A stretch of DNA of 64,000 nt from an uncultured Planctomycetota bacterium (GTDB lineage Bacteria > Planctomycetota > Planctomycetia > Pirellulales > Lacipirellulaceae), in the NCBI GenBank assembly GCA_963719315.1, contig CAVRBU010000002.1, positions 1,376,001 through 1,440,000 on the forward strand, given 5' to 3'. The notes under the pieces were generated by a model. It made no database searches. It saw only the letters and a program-made list of their open reading frames with translations, and was not told the DNA's origin. Shown here in pieces: positions 40,530 to 52,008 of the stretch; the stretch's first letter is position 1, and the number at the start of each line of letters is the position of its first letter. Both the position numbers and the translations under genes were made by a program.

Positions 40530-41617
40530 TGTTCTACAGTCCTTGGTTTCTGCTGCTGCTCTTGTTTCTGCCGGTGATTGCCTGGCGACTCTGGAGGCAT
40601 TCGCGCGACGGGGCAGTACCGTTCAGCTCGACGGAGTTTGCGCTCGCTCTGCATCCGACGTGGCGACAAAGACTCGCATGGTTGCCGGGCGCGCTCACGT
40701 TGGCCGCTGTGACGCTGGGGGTAGTTGCGATTGCCCGGCCGCGCGAAGGCCGCGAAGAAACGCTCGTCGATGCCGACGGAATCGCCATCGAAATGGTGAT
40801 CGACCGCTCGGGAAGCATGCGGGCGCTCGACTTTCAGATCGATGGGGAGCACGTCGATCAGTTGACGGCCATCAAAAGTGTCGCCTCGCGTTTCATCCAG
40901 GGCGATGACAAATCGCGCACAGGCACCCGCCTGCCGGGCCGCGTTAGCGATTTGGTTGGCTTGATTACATTCGCCGGATTTGCGGACGCGATTACTCCCC
41001 CTACGCTGGACCACGCGTTCGTCATGGCCCAATTGAATCACCAGGAGATTGCCTCGCGTCGAGATGAAGATGGAACGGCCATCGGCGATGCCATTAGTCT
41101 GGCGGTCGAAAAGCTCAATACTCTCGACAATCGAAAGCACGAGAAATTGAAAAGTAAAGTCGTAATCCTGCTCACCGACGGCGACAACAATGCCGGCGAC
41201 GTCGATCCGCTGCAGGCGGCCGAACTGGCCAAGAAAATGGGAGTCAAGATCTACACGATCGGCGTCGGCACCCGCGGCTCCGCTCCCGTGGTTGTCATGA
41301 ACCCCCTAACAGGACGGAAAGAGATCGAGTGGGCCGAAGTCAACATTGATGAAGACACTCTTCGCAAAATAGCCGCGAGCACCGGCGGCAAATACTTCCG
41401 GGCCACCGACACCGAATCGCTGGCCTCGATCTATCGCGAAATCGACCAACTTGAAAAGACCACCGTCGAGGCTCGCCACTTCGTCGATTACCGCGAACTG
41501 GCCATCCAGCCGACGCATTTAGGCGCCTGGAGCTTACCGCCGCTCGTGCTTATCGCGCTGGGGCTTCTCTCTGCGCGCGTCATCTTGAGCAATACCTTGT
41601 TTCGCGAATTTACCTGA
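40526..41617 (+). CDS. batA: BatA-like VWA-domain protein
   Basis: F.SPWFLLLL, DRSGSM (MIDAS), GTAIGDA, LLTDGDNN, KIYTIGVG, GGKYFRA. Confidence 0.88.
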   Translation: MMFYSPWFLLLLLFLPVIAWRLWRHSRDGAVPFSSTEFALALHPTWRQRLAWLPGALTLAAVTLGVVAIARPREGREETLVDADGIAIEMVIDRSGSMRALDFQIDGEHVDQLTAIKSVASRFIQGDDKSRTGTRLPGRVSDLVGLITFAGFADAITPPTLDHAFVMAQLNHQEIASRRDEDGTAIGDAISLAVEKLNTLDNRKHEKLKSKVVILLTDGDNNAGDVDPLQAAELAKKMGVKIYTIGVGTRGSAPVVVMNPLTGRKEIEWAEVNIDEDTLRKIAASTGGKYFRATDTESLASIYREIDQLEKTTVEARHFVDYRELAIQPTHLGAWSLPPLVLIALGLLSARVILSNTLFREFT

Positions 41618-41640
41618 ACTGCACAATTGCACGTTTTGAC

Positions 41641-42753
41641 ATGGATATTCACTACGGAAATTTGGGCCAACTGAATTGGCTATGGCTTCCCGCGATTTGC
41701 GTTGTGGCGGCGGCGATTGCCGGCTTAGCCCGCCGTCGAGCGAGAGTTCGCTTTGCAACCGCCAATTTGATCCGCCGAGTGCTGCCACCGGCAAGCACGC
41801 TTACCCGCGCCGTCGGCACAACGCTCGTCACGGCCGCCATGGCCATGATGATCCTCGCTCTCGTGGACGTTCGGTGGGGCAAGGTCTGGCGCGACGTACC
41901 TCAAAAGGGAATTGAAGTGATGTTCGTGCTCGATGTCTCCCGGTCCATGCTGGCCGAAGATGCGGGGCCGAATCGGCTGGAACGAGCCAAGCAGCAAATC
42001 AAAGACCTCGTTGACGAAATGGCGGGCGACCGCGTGGGTCTCGTCGTGTTCGCCGGCGACGCGAAGCAACAGATTCCACTCACCACTCATTACGACGATT
42101 TCAAGCAATCGCTTGACGGCGTCGGGCCACACAATGTGCGGAGCGGCGGCTCCCGGCTGGGAGATGCCATCGACGCGGCGTCGCGCGCGTTCCTGACCAA
42201 GTCGAACGCCCACAAAGCCATGGTGATTTTTACGGACGGCGAGGACCAGGAAAGTGAGCCCGTTGCGGCGGCCCGGCGTGCTCATGAGGAGACCGGCGTG
42301 CGGATCTTCACCGTCGGTCTGGGCGATACGCAAACAGGCGCCCGCATACCACTTCGTTCCGCCGACGATGGAAGCGAGTATTTGCAGCATGATGGTCAGC
42401 AAGTGTGGTCCAAACTCCACGGCGAAATCTTGCGCCAAGTAGCAGCGGAAACCAACGGGGCCTATGTTCCCGCCGGCACCAAACAAGTCAACATGGCCGA
42501 CGTCTACCACAGCTACATTGCCGACGTCGAACAAACGGAATTCGAGACCGCGCGTATCAACCAGTACGAGGCGCGATTTCAGTGGTTTCTAGGGGCGGGC
42601 CTGTTGTGCCTCTTGCTTGAGATCGCGATTACCACCTGGCCCGCGCGGTCAGTCGCCTCGGCCAGGCGGGCCGCGGCTCTTGCAAGCAACGGTCGAAACT
42701 CGTGGCAAACGAACCAAACGTCTTCCTCCACCGAACATTCAACCGCCGCATGA
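41641..42753 (+). CDS. batB: BatB-like VWA-domain protein
   Basis: LDVSRSM, PNRLERAK, DRVGLVVFAG, TDGED, RFQWFL. Confidence 0.88.
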   Translation: MDIHYGNLGQLNWLWLPAICVVAAAIAGLARRRARVRFATANLIRRVLPPASTLTRAVGTTLVTAAMAMMILALVDVRWGKVWRDVPQKGIEVMFVLDVSRSMLAEDAGPNRLERAKQQIKDLVDEMAGDRVGLVVFAGDAKQQIPLTTHYDDFKQSLDGVGPHNVRSGGSRLGDAIDAASRAFLTKSNAHKAMVIFTDGEDQESEPVAAARRAHEETGVRIFTVGLGDTQTGARIPLRSADDGSEYLQHDGQQVWSKLHGEILRQVAAETNGAYVPAGTKQVNMADVYHSYIADVEQTEFETARINQYEARFQWFLGAGLLCLLLEIAITTWPARSVASARRAAALASNGRNSWQTNQTSSSTEHSTAA

Positions 42754-44019
42754 CCGCAATCCACAACACAATCTGTGCCAGTCTCTTGCTGGTTGGCGTG
42801 GCCGGTGGCGCCACCTTGCAAGCTGCGGAAACGGCGCGCGATCTTGCGGTCGAGATCAACGACGCCAATCGTGCGTTACGCAGCGGCAATGTCGATGCGG
42901 CAATTGGCGCCTATCGACAGGCGCACGAGTTGGCTCCCGAGAATGCAGACCTGTCTTACAACATGGCCGTAGCTCAGTATCGCAAGGGCGACATTTCCAC
43001 AGCGACGCGCCAGTTCCAAGCGGCTGCCGTCGCAGAAAACGACGCGATTGCCGAGAAAGCACGTTTCAACCTGGGTAACTGCAACTATGCTTCGGCGCTC
43101 CACCTGGCGGACAAGGATCCTCCGGCGGCCATTGAGAGCCTAAAATCCGCGATTGGGAACTATCAGAGCGCCTTGGAGATCGATTCCTCAGACGCCGACG
43201 CACGCGCCAATATCGAGCTCGCCAATCGGCTCATCGACAGGTTGCGCGAAAAAGACGAACAACGGCGTCGCGAGCAGCAACAACAACAAAACAATCAGCA
43301 ACAGAGCGACAAGCAGCAGGACCAGGACCAGAAGAAACAACAAGCATCGCGGGATAATCAACAACAGAATCAGCAGCAGCAAGGCCAGAACAGCGATCAG
43401 CAAAACAAGCCGCAAGACCAACAAGGCCAATCTTCATCTGCCAACAAGGCCGAGGACAAGAAGAATGGTTCCGGCCAAGAGAAGCCCGACCAGAAAGGCG
43501 AGCTGCCCAACAACGACGAAAAGCAATCGCAGTCATCGCAGGATCAAGCAGAATCCCAACAACAGACTAAAAAGGACTCGCCTCAAAAGGAGCAGCAAGA
43601 GAAGCCCTTGAACGAGGGAACACAGTCCGCTGCGGACAATTCGCAGCCCGAATCCTCCCGCCAAGAGAAGCCGCAGGACAACGGGGCCGACCAACCTCAA
43701 TCCCAACAAAGTCAGGATCAACACACTAAGGGCAAACGGCCGGAACAAAACTTCAGCGCCGCCGGCCGGCGAGTCAAACGACAAGCAAGGCAAGGCGGCG
43801 CCGCAGGGAAACCTGTCGGCCACTGGGCAAGCTCCCAAGAATTCCGACAAGCAAGGCAACCAAAATGCGGTGAATGCCGATTCATCGCTCGACGACAAGA
43901 TGACGACTCAAGAGGCTGAAAAAATGCTGCAAGCTATCCGAGACCGCGACATGCTCCGTCGTCTTCAACGACAAGCTGCCGAGCGAAGCCGACACATTCC
44001 GGTTGATCGCGACTGGTAG
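42750..44019 (+). CDS. batC: BatC-like TPR protein with Gln-rich linker (frameshifted near the 3' end)
   Basis: TPR motifs YNMAVAQY and FNLGNCNY, then a poly-Q tract. The typical tail MTTQEAEKMLQAI...VDRDW* lies in another frame, ending at 44019. Confidence 0.8.
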
Positions 44020-44058
44020 TTTTGCGCGTTCCAAAAGCAAACAAATTCGACCTTTGAC

Positions 44059-46945
44059 ATGCGAAACAACTTCTATCAATTCTGGTTTGGCGTCCTGCTG
44101 GTTGCACTAACTGGCGCTATGGCCACCGACGCGTCGGCTGCCGAGGTTCGTGCCGCCATCTCAACGCAAGACACCTACGCCGGCTTGCCGATCACCCTGC
44201 AGATACAGATTAGCAACGCCTCGAAGTTCGAACCGCCAACAATCCCCCCTATCGACGGCCTTGAAATCAAATCTCGCGGTACACCGGCTCGCAGTACGCA
44301 CATCACGACGATCAACGGCAGAACGACTACGAATTCGTCGGTGACCTACGTTTATGAAGTCACGCCGCAGCGCCCTGGCCGATTTCGCATTCCACCCATC
44401 AATGTCCGGGCGGATGGCATTCAGCAACTGACCAACGCAATTGACTTCGTCGCCTCGAAGAGCGAGACCGGCGACCTGGCATTTGTCGAGGTCGCTGGAA
44501 AGGAGAAGCAGATTTATGTCGGTCAGGCTTTGGATCTGACGCTCAAGATCTGGCTCCGGCCCTATCGCGATGCCCAGCGGAACATCACGCTATCCGCCGA
44601 CGACATGTGGCAGATGATCGCCGATAGAACCCGTTGGGGCGCATTTTCCGACCAGGTGAAGCAGTTGGCCGACAACGGCCGGCGGCCCCCCGCGCGGGAG
44701 GTCCTTCGGACGGATCGCGCCGGCAACGAGCACAGCTACTACGTTTACGAGATCAAGGCGACGATTTACCCACAGCGGCCCGGCAAAATCGACGCCAACG
44801 AAATTCACGTGATCGTGGATTACCCAACCGCCTTGGGAAAATCTCGCGATCCGTTTGCCGGCGCTTTTGACGATATTCCACTTCCCGGCGGCCTTTCCAG
44901 AATGTTTGGCGACGACGATTTCCCGTCGCCTTTCGTATCGCGGCTCACCGTGCAGTCCGTGCGACCCGTCGTGGCGAACGCAACCGTCGAGCCAATCGAT
45001 GTGCTACCGATTCCCACCGAGGGCCGACCCGCCGACTATCGTGGGGCCGTCGGCCAATATCAAATCATGACCGAGGCCAGTCCGTTAAGCGTCAAGGCGG
45101 GCGACCCCATCAACTTGCTGGTTGGCATCGTGGGCACCGGCCCAATGGATCTGGTGCAGGCGCCGCCGCTGGCTGACTTGCCCGAATTGACAAGCGACTT
45201 CAAGGTTCCGAGCGAGCCGCTCGCCGGCTTCGTTCACGACGGCCGCAAAATATTCTCGACCACGATCCGCCCGCGCACCGCGGACGTTACTCAGCTCCCT
45301 TCGATTCCATACACCTATTTCGATCCGCAAGCCGGCAAATTCGTCACGGCCCACAGCAAGCCGATTTCGGTACATGTTTCCCCGGCCGAAACCTTACGCG
45401 CTTAACGCGGTCGTTGGTCGACGCGCCAACGCCAGTTTGACGAAGAACGGCGACAGTGCAGCGAAAGTCGAGGGGGCGCCGTTGCTCGAAAACTTCGCGG
45501 GCAATGATCTCTTGGCAAACGAGACACCAACAGTTTTGAACATGAGGTGGCTGGCTCTGCTCATGATACCGCCGCCGTTCGTTGTGCTTGCAATTGTGGT
45601 CGCGAAGAGGCGAAGTCGGCTGCTTCAACTCGCCGGACGATTCGGCTCTGGATATGGGCGAGTCCGCAAGCAGATTGAACAGGCGAAAGACACGGCCGAA
45701 GTCCGCCGCGCCCTGCACTTGTACTTGGTGCGGCGATTTGCCCGTAGCGCTTCATCGGCCGATTCCTTAGCAGTCGTTGGCGTATTGCGCTCGTCGGGTT
45801 TTCGCAACGTAGCGGTTCGTTGTGAACGAATTCTTAACAGTACAAACCTGGTATTTGGCAGTGACGAAATCGACGCCACGCGATCGCTGGATGAAATGAA
45901 GCACGAAGCTCTCGCAGTGCTCGAAGGTCTGCAAACCGAGCGCCGGCGGCAGTGTGCCTGCCCGACTTCTTCGGAGCACTCGCCGCCGCATTCCAAGCGC
46001 CGACCGCCACGCGTATCTCCGGCCACTAGCACGATCCTTACTACGGTGGTTTTTGCAAGCGCTGTGATTCTGATTGGCCTTGCCGCCTCCGCGGCCGAGA
46101 CGCCGTCCTCGCCCGTATCGAGTTCGACTTCAATTGCTGGACATCCGTCTACCGCCTGGCCTAATCCTGGCCCAACACACCTTACCCTCACGATGTATCA
46201 AAAGGAGTCGATTCTGAATGAGGCGAACGACACCTACCAACGTGCGCTGCAAACAGCCGCCAAAGACGCCGCCGATGCAAAGCAGGCGTTTGCAGATGCC
46301 GCCGAAAAGTATCAGCTTCTTGTCGACTCGGGAGTGACCAATAGCCGCTTGTACTTCAATCTGGCCACTGCCAACCTGCAGAGTGGTCAGAGTGGGAAGG
46401 CGATCGCGAACTACCAACGGTCGCTGCGAATCGATCCCACAAACCGCGAATCGCGAGTAAATCTTGCCTACGCGGAACGTGCAGTGAACTTGCAACCCGG
46501 CGCTTCGAATTCCACCGATAGCGAACGCCTTTCAGATTATTTCGGGGGCGTGAATCGTTGGATTTATCAAAGAGTAAGCTTATGGATCATCGGCGCTGCA
46601 TTCATTTTCGCGTGGATCGCGCTGTGGCTGGCCATTGGCATGAAGCTGCTTGCAATTCGCTTTCCTTGGAAATCCGTAATTACCGCGGCAATTCTGGTCG
46701 GTTTCGTCTCCGCAGGACCCTATTCGCAGTGTCTCAAAGACCGAGGCACGCATATTGCGGTTGTCGTTTCCCCATCGGTCACATTGCGCGAAGGCGACGG
46801 TGAAAACTTTGCCACGCTAACTGGTGCCCAATCGCGCGAGGGGCAGGCTGTCGAGCTAATCAAGCGGCGCGGTAACTGGCTCCAAGTCCGGACCCAGTCT
46901 GGCCAGCCCGGCTGGCTTCTCGATTCGACGGTCGAAATCATTTAG
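44059..46945 (+). CDS. batD: BatD-like protein probably fused to a BatE-like TPR/SH3 part (frameshift near 45395)
   Basis: BatD features (G.FRIPPI, YVGQ, GAVGQY, YFDP) continue in a shifted frame into a TM segment, TPR (YFNLA, AIANYQRSLRIDP) and SH3-like tail (NWLQV...GWL). Confidence 0.75.
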
Positions 46946-47277
46946 TTCGGCGGTACGCAAATCGCTACCCATCGGCAAGCCGGGTTTCACTTGCTGCCGA
47001 TTTGCTTCCGTGACGAACCAAAAACCACTCTACTCCACAGGTTATCGCGGGCAATTCCGCGGCATAGCGCCTTCACCTCTGATTTACCGTCGCCGCTACC
47101 TCGATTAGAATTAGCGATGCTGCACCTTCCCATTGCTGTAGGTGGGGTGGAGATCGGCATTGAAACGGGACCCACCTGGGGTGCGGAATCGGCATTGAAA
47201 AGGGACCCACCGCAGCGGACTTCGTAAGCTGGATTCCCGGTTTTTAAACTGGGGAATTCAGCGAAGCGGAGTCAAGG

Positions 47278-48983
47278 ATGCTGAAGGTGGAGGATTACGG
47301 CAGGATACGTCGTGCTCATCGCGATGGCATGAGCATTCGGGAGATCGCCCGGACGTTTGGGCATTCGCGACGAAAGATCCGCGAGGCACTGGCGCAGGCA
47401 GAGCCGCGGCCTTACACGCTGTCGCTACCGCGACCGCGGCGGGTGCTGACCGATGTGCACCAGCAATGGATCGGCGCGATTCTCGTCGAAGATGAGCAGG
47501 CGCCTCGCAAGCAACGTCACACAGGAGCGCAACTCTTTCGGCGGCTGCGGGACGAAGAGCAGTACGTCGGCAGCTACGACCAGGTGCGAAGGTACGTGGC
47601 CGCGACGCGGGGGCGGCAGCGCGAAACGTTTCTCCCTTTGTCGTACGAGCCAGGCCAACGGGCCGAGAGCGACTTCGGTCAGATCTGGGTCGACTTCCCG
47701 GAAGGCAGGCGCCAGGTTCCGATCCTGCTGGTGACGTGGGCCTACTCAAACGCCACCTTTATGATTGCGCTGCCGAGCGAAAAGACCGAGGCGATCCTGC
47801 ATGGCACGGTGGCGGCGTTTGCGTTTTTTCGTTGCGTGCCCAAAGAACTGTGGTGGGATAATCCAAGAACCGTTGCGACCACGATTCTGCGTGGCCGCCA
47901 ACGGGAGTTGAACCAGCGCTGGCAGCGCTGGCCAGTCACTACAACTTCGAGCCGTTGTTCTGCCTGCCGGCTCGCGGTAACGAAAAGCCGCACGTCGAGA
48001 ACCGGGTGAAGCTGTTGGATGCGCCAGTGGGCGACGCCGGTCCCTCAAGTGAAGGATCTGACAGAGCTAAATGCCTACCTGCTTCAATGCTGCGAGCGGG
48101 ATGCTCGGCGGACGATTGCGGGCCACAGCGAAACGATCGGCTGCGCTTCGCGACAGAGCAGATTAGCGCCTTGCCGCTGCCCGAGCGCCCGTTTGAAGCC
48201 GCCGTGAGCGAGGTCCGTCAAGTCGACAAGTACCAGACGGTCGCCTGGGAGAAGAATCGCTACAGCGTGCCGCGGCGGCATGCGTTCGCCACGGTCACGG
48301 TAAAAGCCACTATCGATCGCATCGAAGTCATCCGCGACGGCCAGCGGATTGCCCGGCACGAGCGCTCCTACGGACAGGGCGAGCAAGTGCTCGATCCGCT
48401 GCACTACCTGTCCACTCTGGGAGTGAAGCCAGCCTATTTGGATCACACTGACGTCTACCGCAATTGGCGTCTGCCGGCGGCGTTTACCCAGTTGCGCGAA
48501 CATTTTGAAACACGCCACGGATCGTTGCCGGGCGCTCGGCAATTCATCCGCGTGCTGCAGCTGTTGGCAGAGCACCCGCTGACTCGGGTTGAGCAGGCCA
48601 TCCAGGCCTGCCGCGGCGACGGCGTCGTCACGGCCGAGCGGATTGCTGGGCTCTGCGAGCGACTGGCGCTGCGCTCCACCCGCGGCGAAGCGAACCTAAT
48701 CGGGCAGCTGCGATCGATTCCTGCGGTGCAAGTCCCGCTGCCGGACTTGCGCCGCTTTGACTCGTTACTCTCTCACGGAGGAGAAGATCATGGCCCAGAA
48801 AGAAACGCCCCTGTTACTGCGTTCGAACCTCAAGGCGCTACGCCTGCCGACGATGCTGGCCGAGTATGGCAAGCTCGCCGGGGAAGCGACCAACAGCAAC
48901 CAGGACTACCTCGACTATCTGTTGCGCCTGACGGAGTTGGAGTTAGCCACACGCAGTGCCAATGCTCTGCAGGTGCGCATTAA
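47278..48983 (+). CDS. istA: IS21 transposase IstA (about three frameshifts)
   Basis: SIREIARTFG HTH, PGQRAESDFG, WWDN, GNEKPHVE, NRYSVP, spread over three ORFs. Confidence 0.88.
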
Positions 48984-49560
48984 ACAGGCTGGCTTCCCGG
49001 TGCAGAAGGACCTCGATGCATTCGACTTTAGCGCGGCGCCCGGCCTCTCGAAGCCCAAGATCCTGGAACTGGCCCGCTGCGGCTGGATTGATCAGCGTCA
49101 GAACTGCTGCCTGTTGGGTAGTTCGGGAACTGGAAAAACGCATCTGGCCATCGCCTTGGGCCTGGCCGCCTGCCGACTGGGCAAGCGAGTCCGCTTCTTT
49201 ACCGCTGCCACACTGGTCAATCGCTTGGAAGAGACGCAGAAGCAGTACCAGCTCGAGCGATTGTTGAAGCAGCTCGACAAGCTCGATCTGCTTGTCTGCG
49301 ACGAGCTCGGTTATCTCTCGTTCAATCGCAGCGGAGCGGAACTGCTGTTCCAGGTATTCGCCGATCGCTACGAGCGATCCAGCCTGTTGATCACCAGCAA
49401 CTTGCCGTTCAGCGAATGGCAGCAGGTGTTTCAGGGAGAACGGATGACAGCTGCTCTCTTGGACCGGCTGACGCACCACTGCGAAATCTTTGAGATGAAC
49501 GGTGAAAGCTACCGCTTCCGGGAGTCGATGAAACAAAAGCGAACCACCAAGGGCAAGTAG
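48790..49560 (+). CDS. istB: IS21 helper ATPase IstB
   Basis: GSSGTGKTHLA, DELGY, ITSNLPF, ALLDRLTHH, GESYR. Confidence 0.95.
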   Translation: MAQKETPLLLRSNLKALRLPTMLAEYGKLAGEATNSNQDYLDYLLRLTELELATRSANALQVRIKQAGFPVQKDLDAFDFSAAPGLSKPKILELARCGWIDQRQNCCLLGSSGTGKTHLAIALGLAACRLGKRVRFFTAATLVNRLEETQKQYQLERLLKQLDKLDLLVCDELGYLSFNRSGAELLFQVFADRYERSSLLITSNLPFSEWQQVFQGERMTAALLDRLTHHCEIFEMNGESYRFRESMKQKRTTKGK

Positions 49561-49889
49561 CTTTCGGGCGACCCGTCGGCAAAACGTTCGCAAATCGTGC
49601 GCAACAAAATGGAGAGTTTACTCTAACCCATTAAGTGAACTAACGGAGGCGGCCGCGCGAGACCTTCGAAGGGTCTCGCGGGCCGCTCCCCAACTAACCA
49701 GGTGGGCCCAGATTCAACGCCCAGGTGGGTCCCATTTCAATGCCGATCTCCAGTGGGGCACGGACCCGCTCGGCTCCTACCGGACGAGGTTCTCCTACAC
49801 CTTGGATCATGCCAGGCGTAATAGAGGGCGTAATGATAATATGCGCCAAACAGCGAAATACGAAGAATGGCCGATGAAAAAACTAATCC

Positions 49890-49927
49890 GCCCTCGTAGC
49901 TCAGGGGATAGAGCAGCGGTTTCCTAA
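49890..49927 (+). pseudogene. 5' half of the split tRNA-Arg(CCU) (left junction, attL-like)
   Basis: GCCCTCG TA GCTC AGGGGATA GAGC A GCGGT TTCCTAA, followed by non-tRNA sequence with no T-arm. Confidence 0.88.
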
Positions 49928-50394
49928 CAGTTTGTGCTTTACAAACCGTAAATCCAAACCTTTGCTAGCGTTGAACTTATAATCAGCAATGAAGTGGGTG
50001 TAATTTCCCGAGAAGACTTTCCGACAAGTTGCAACAAATTCGGGTGTATTCCTGCTCCGACAAGTCACTGAAAACGTGTACCTATCTGGTCGCGGTCACG
50101 AAACCGCGTTTCTATCGATGGCAACTGGCGACTTGTGCCAAAGCAATCTTCACGCGCCAAGCGTCGCTGTGTCCTCAACGCGCCACACTTTTTAGCTCCG
50201 CCATTCTGACGGCTAGCGTGTTGCCGTCTTGCGCAATTCCTGTACGTTCCCCTTTTAGTGCTCGCAACCAACGCAATGTGGCTACCGCGCGGCTAGTGAG
50301 TTTGCGAGAGGTGGTTGTTCGAGCTTAAGAATTGCCGGAATATGTTTGCCAACGAAAGGCGAAGGCGGTAGGGTCAGGCGCATCGGAGTTGAAT

Positions 50395-52008
50395 ATGAAA
50401 CTAGTTCTCTTGATCGGCGAAATTTTGCTCGGCTCGCTCTTGGTGACGAACGCTATGGCTGAACCCGGCCAGCCGCCGAACGCAGCGCTTATCCCGCTCA
50501 AAGATATTTGGGCTTACGAAATGCCAGGGACGCGCGATGTCCACGAGCTAGAGCCTGATATGTTCGGACTAAAAATTCGGAAGCTAAGTAGCGCGGAACA
50601 AATAGCGTTAAGTGAAAAATCCCTGACCACTCAAATACTGTATCCGCTGGGACACAACAAGCCGGGGCAAACCGCGATACAAGCATTCGCCGTGACTGGA
50701 ACTGGCGTCGATGCGTTACGCAAGGCAGCAGACATTCTATCGGGCAAGAAAAAACCTCAAACATCATTTCCTGCAAACAGTGATGTCTCGGTAGTTTTCT
50801 TTTCTTATCTGTACGGCTCCTACGTTCATCTGAATAATGTCGAGCAACAACCGGGACTAATCAACATCACGTATCGATTTGTGCCGCATGAAACAGCAAA
50901 CCTAACGAGACACTTTGCCTTAGGACCTATCCCAAAATACGTGAACGGGTGTTATTTCCGTGCGTAGGAAAAGGTGAGGAATGGTTTCCGTTCGAATCTC
51001 GTCTTTGCTTGCACGGAGGTGTACATGCACTGCGATTGGCAGGGCAAATTTGCTTGGATGCCCGAAAAGCTTTGGCGGCAGCTTGAACCCTTGCTGCCGA
51101 AGTATCCGCGATCCACGAAGGTTGGGCGACCCCGCGCGAATCTGCGCCGTTGCCAGCGGCATTCTTTATCTGTTGCGCACCGGCTGCCAGTGGAAGGCGC
51201 TGCCGCCACAATTTGGCAGCCCCAGTACCGTTCATCGCTATTTCCAAGAGTGGACTCGCCTGGGTATTTGGCAACGGTTTTGGAAACGGGCGCTGGGGAA
51301 GTACGATCAGAAGCGCGGCATCGCTTGGCGCTGGCAGTCGGTGGACGGCGCGACAACTAAGTCGCCGCTGGGAGGGGAAAAAAACCGGGAAAAACCCCAC
51401 CGATCGAGGTAAGCTCGGAGTCAAGCGATCGGTCTTGACCGACGCCCGCGGCGTTCCTCTGGGCGTCGCGATTGACGGCGCCAATGCTCACGACCAACGT
51501 CTTCTGCGCGACACGCTTCGCTCCATCCCGATTCGACGACCCAGCCGTCGGCGCAAGCAGCACCTGTGTCTCGACAAGGGATACTTTGGCGAACCGTCGA
51601 CAGCTACGGCGAATCGTTTCGGGTACGTGCCTCACATCCGCTGCCGTGGCGAGGAGCAGCGTCGCTGTTGCGCCGGCCACAAAGCTCGACGCTGGGTTGT
51701 CGAAGCCGCGCATTCTTGGACCAACCGCGCCCGCAGGCTCCTGATCCGTTGGGAAAAGAAGGCGGCTAACTATCTTGGGTTCGTTCATCTACAATTCGCC
51801 CTCATCGCCTTAAGGCGATGTGGAATTTTGGGATAGGTCCTTAATTCCATTAGGTAAGCTGCCGCCGGGGGACGTGCAAGTTGATATACAACGGTTGCAG
51901 ACGGAACAGAAAATCACTGACACCGGAATTCAGGGGTCGAGGCAATCAGTGGAATCGCAAATCGTTTCAAAATCGTTTCGCTTCAAAGTGAAAGAAAAGG
52001 ACGATTGA
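50395..52008 (+). pseudogene. Secreted hypothetical protein (~230 aa) interrupted by IS5
   Basis: Removing 50923-51843 restores the frame ...RHFAL|IPLGKLPPG...KEKDD*. Signal-like N-terminus MKLVLLIGEILLGSLLVTNAMA. Confidence 0.75.
50923..51840 (+). mobile_element. IS5-family element (918 bp) with split transposase
   Basis: 16-bp IRs ggacctatcccaaaat / attttgggataggtcc and a TTA duplication. Motifs ILYLLRTGCQWKALP, VDG, DKGY, RWVVE...WTNRARRLLIRWEK. GGGGAAAAAAA slippery run at ~51374-51384. Confidence 0.92.

Larger units (their letters stand above)
47148..49752 (+). mobile_element. IS21-family insertion sequence (2605 bp)
   Basis: TG...CA ends. IR tggagatcggcattgaaa / tttcaatgccgatctcca with internal repeats of the gggacccacc motif. 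6-bp target duplication gtgggg (47142-47147; 49753-49758). Confidence 0.93.

Noticed and set aside
43255..43730. Gln-rich CAA/CAG tract as a novel repeat
   Set aside because: It is the usual low-complexity linker of BatC-type proteins.
47148..47215. Repeated atcggcattgaaa.gggacccacc motif as a CRISPR or regulator site
   Set aside because: These are the multiple terminal repeats typical of IS21 ends, mirrored at ~49700-49752.
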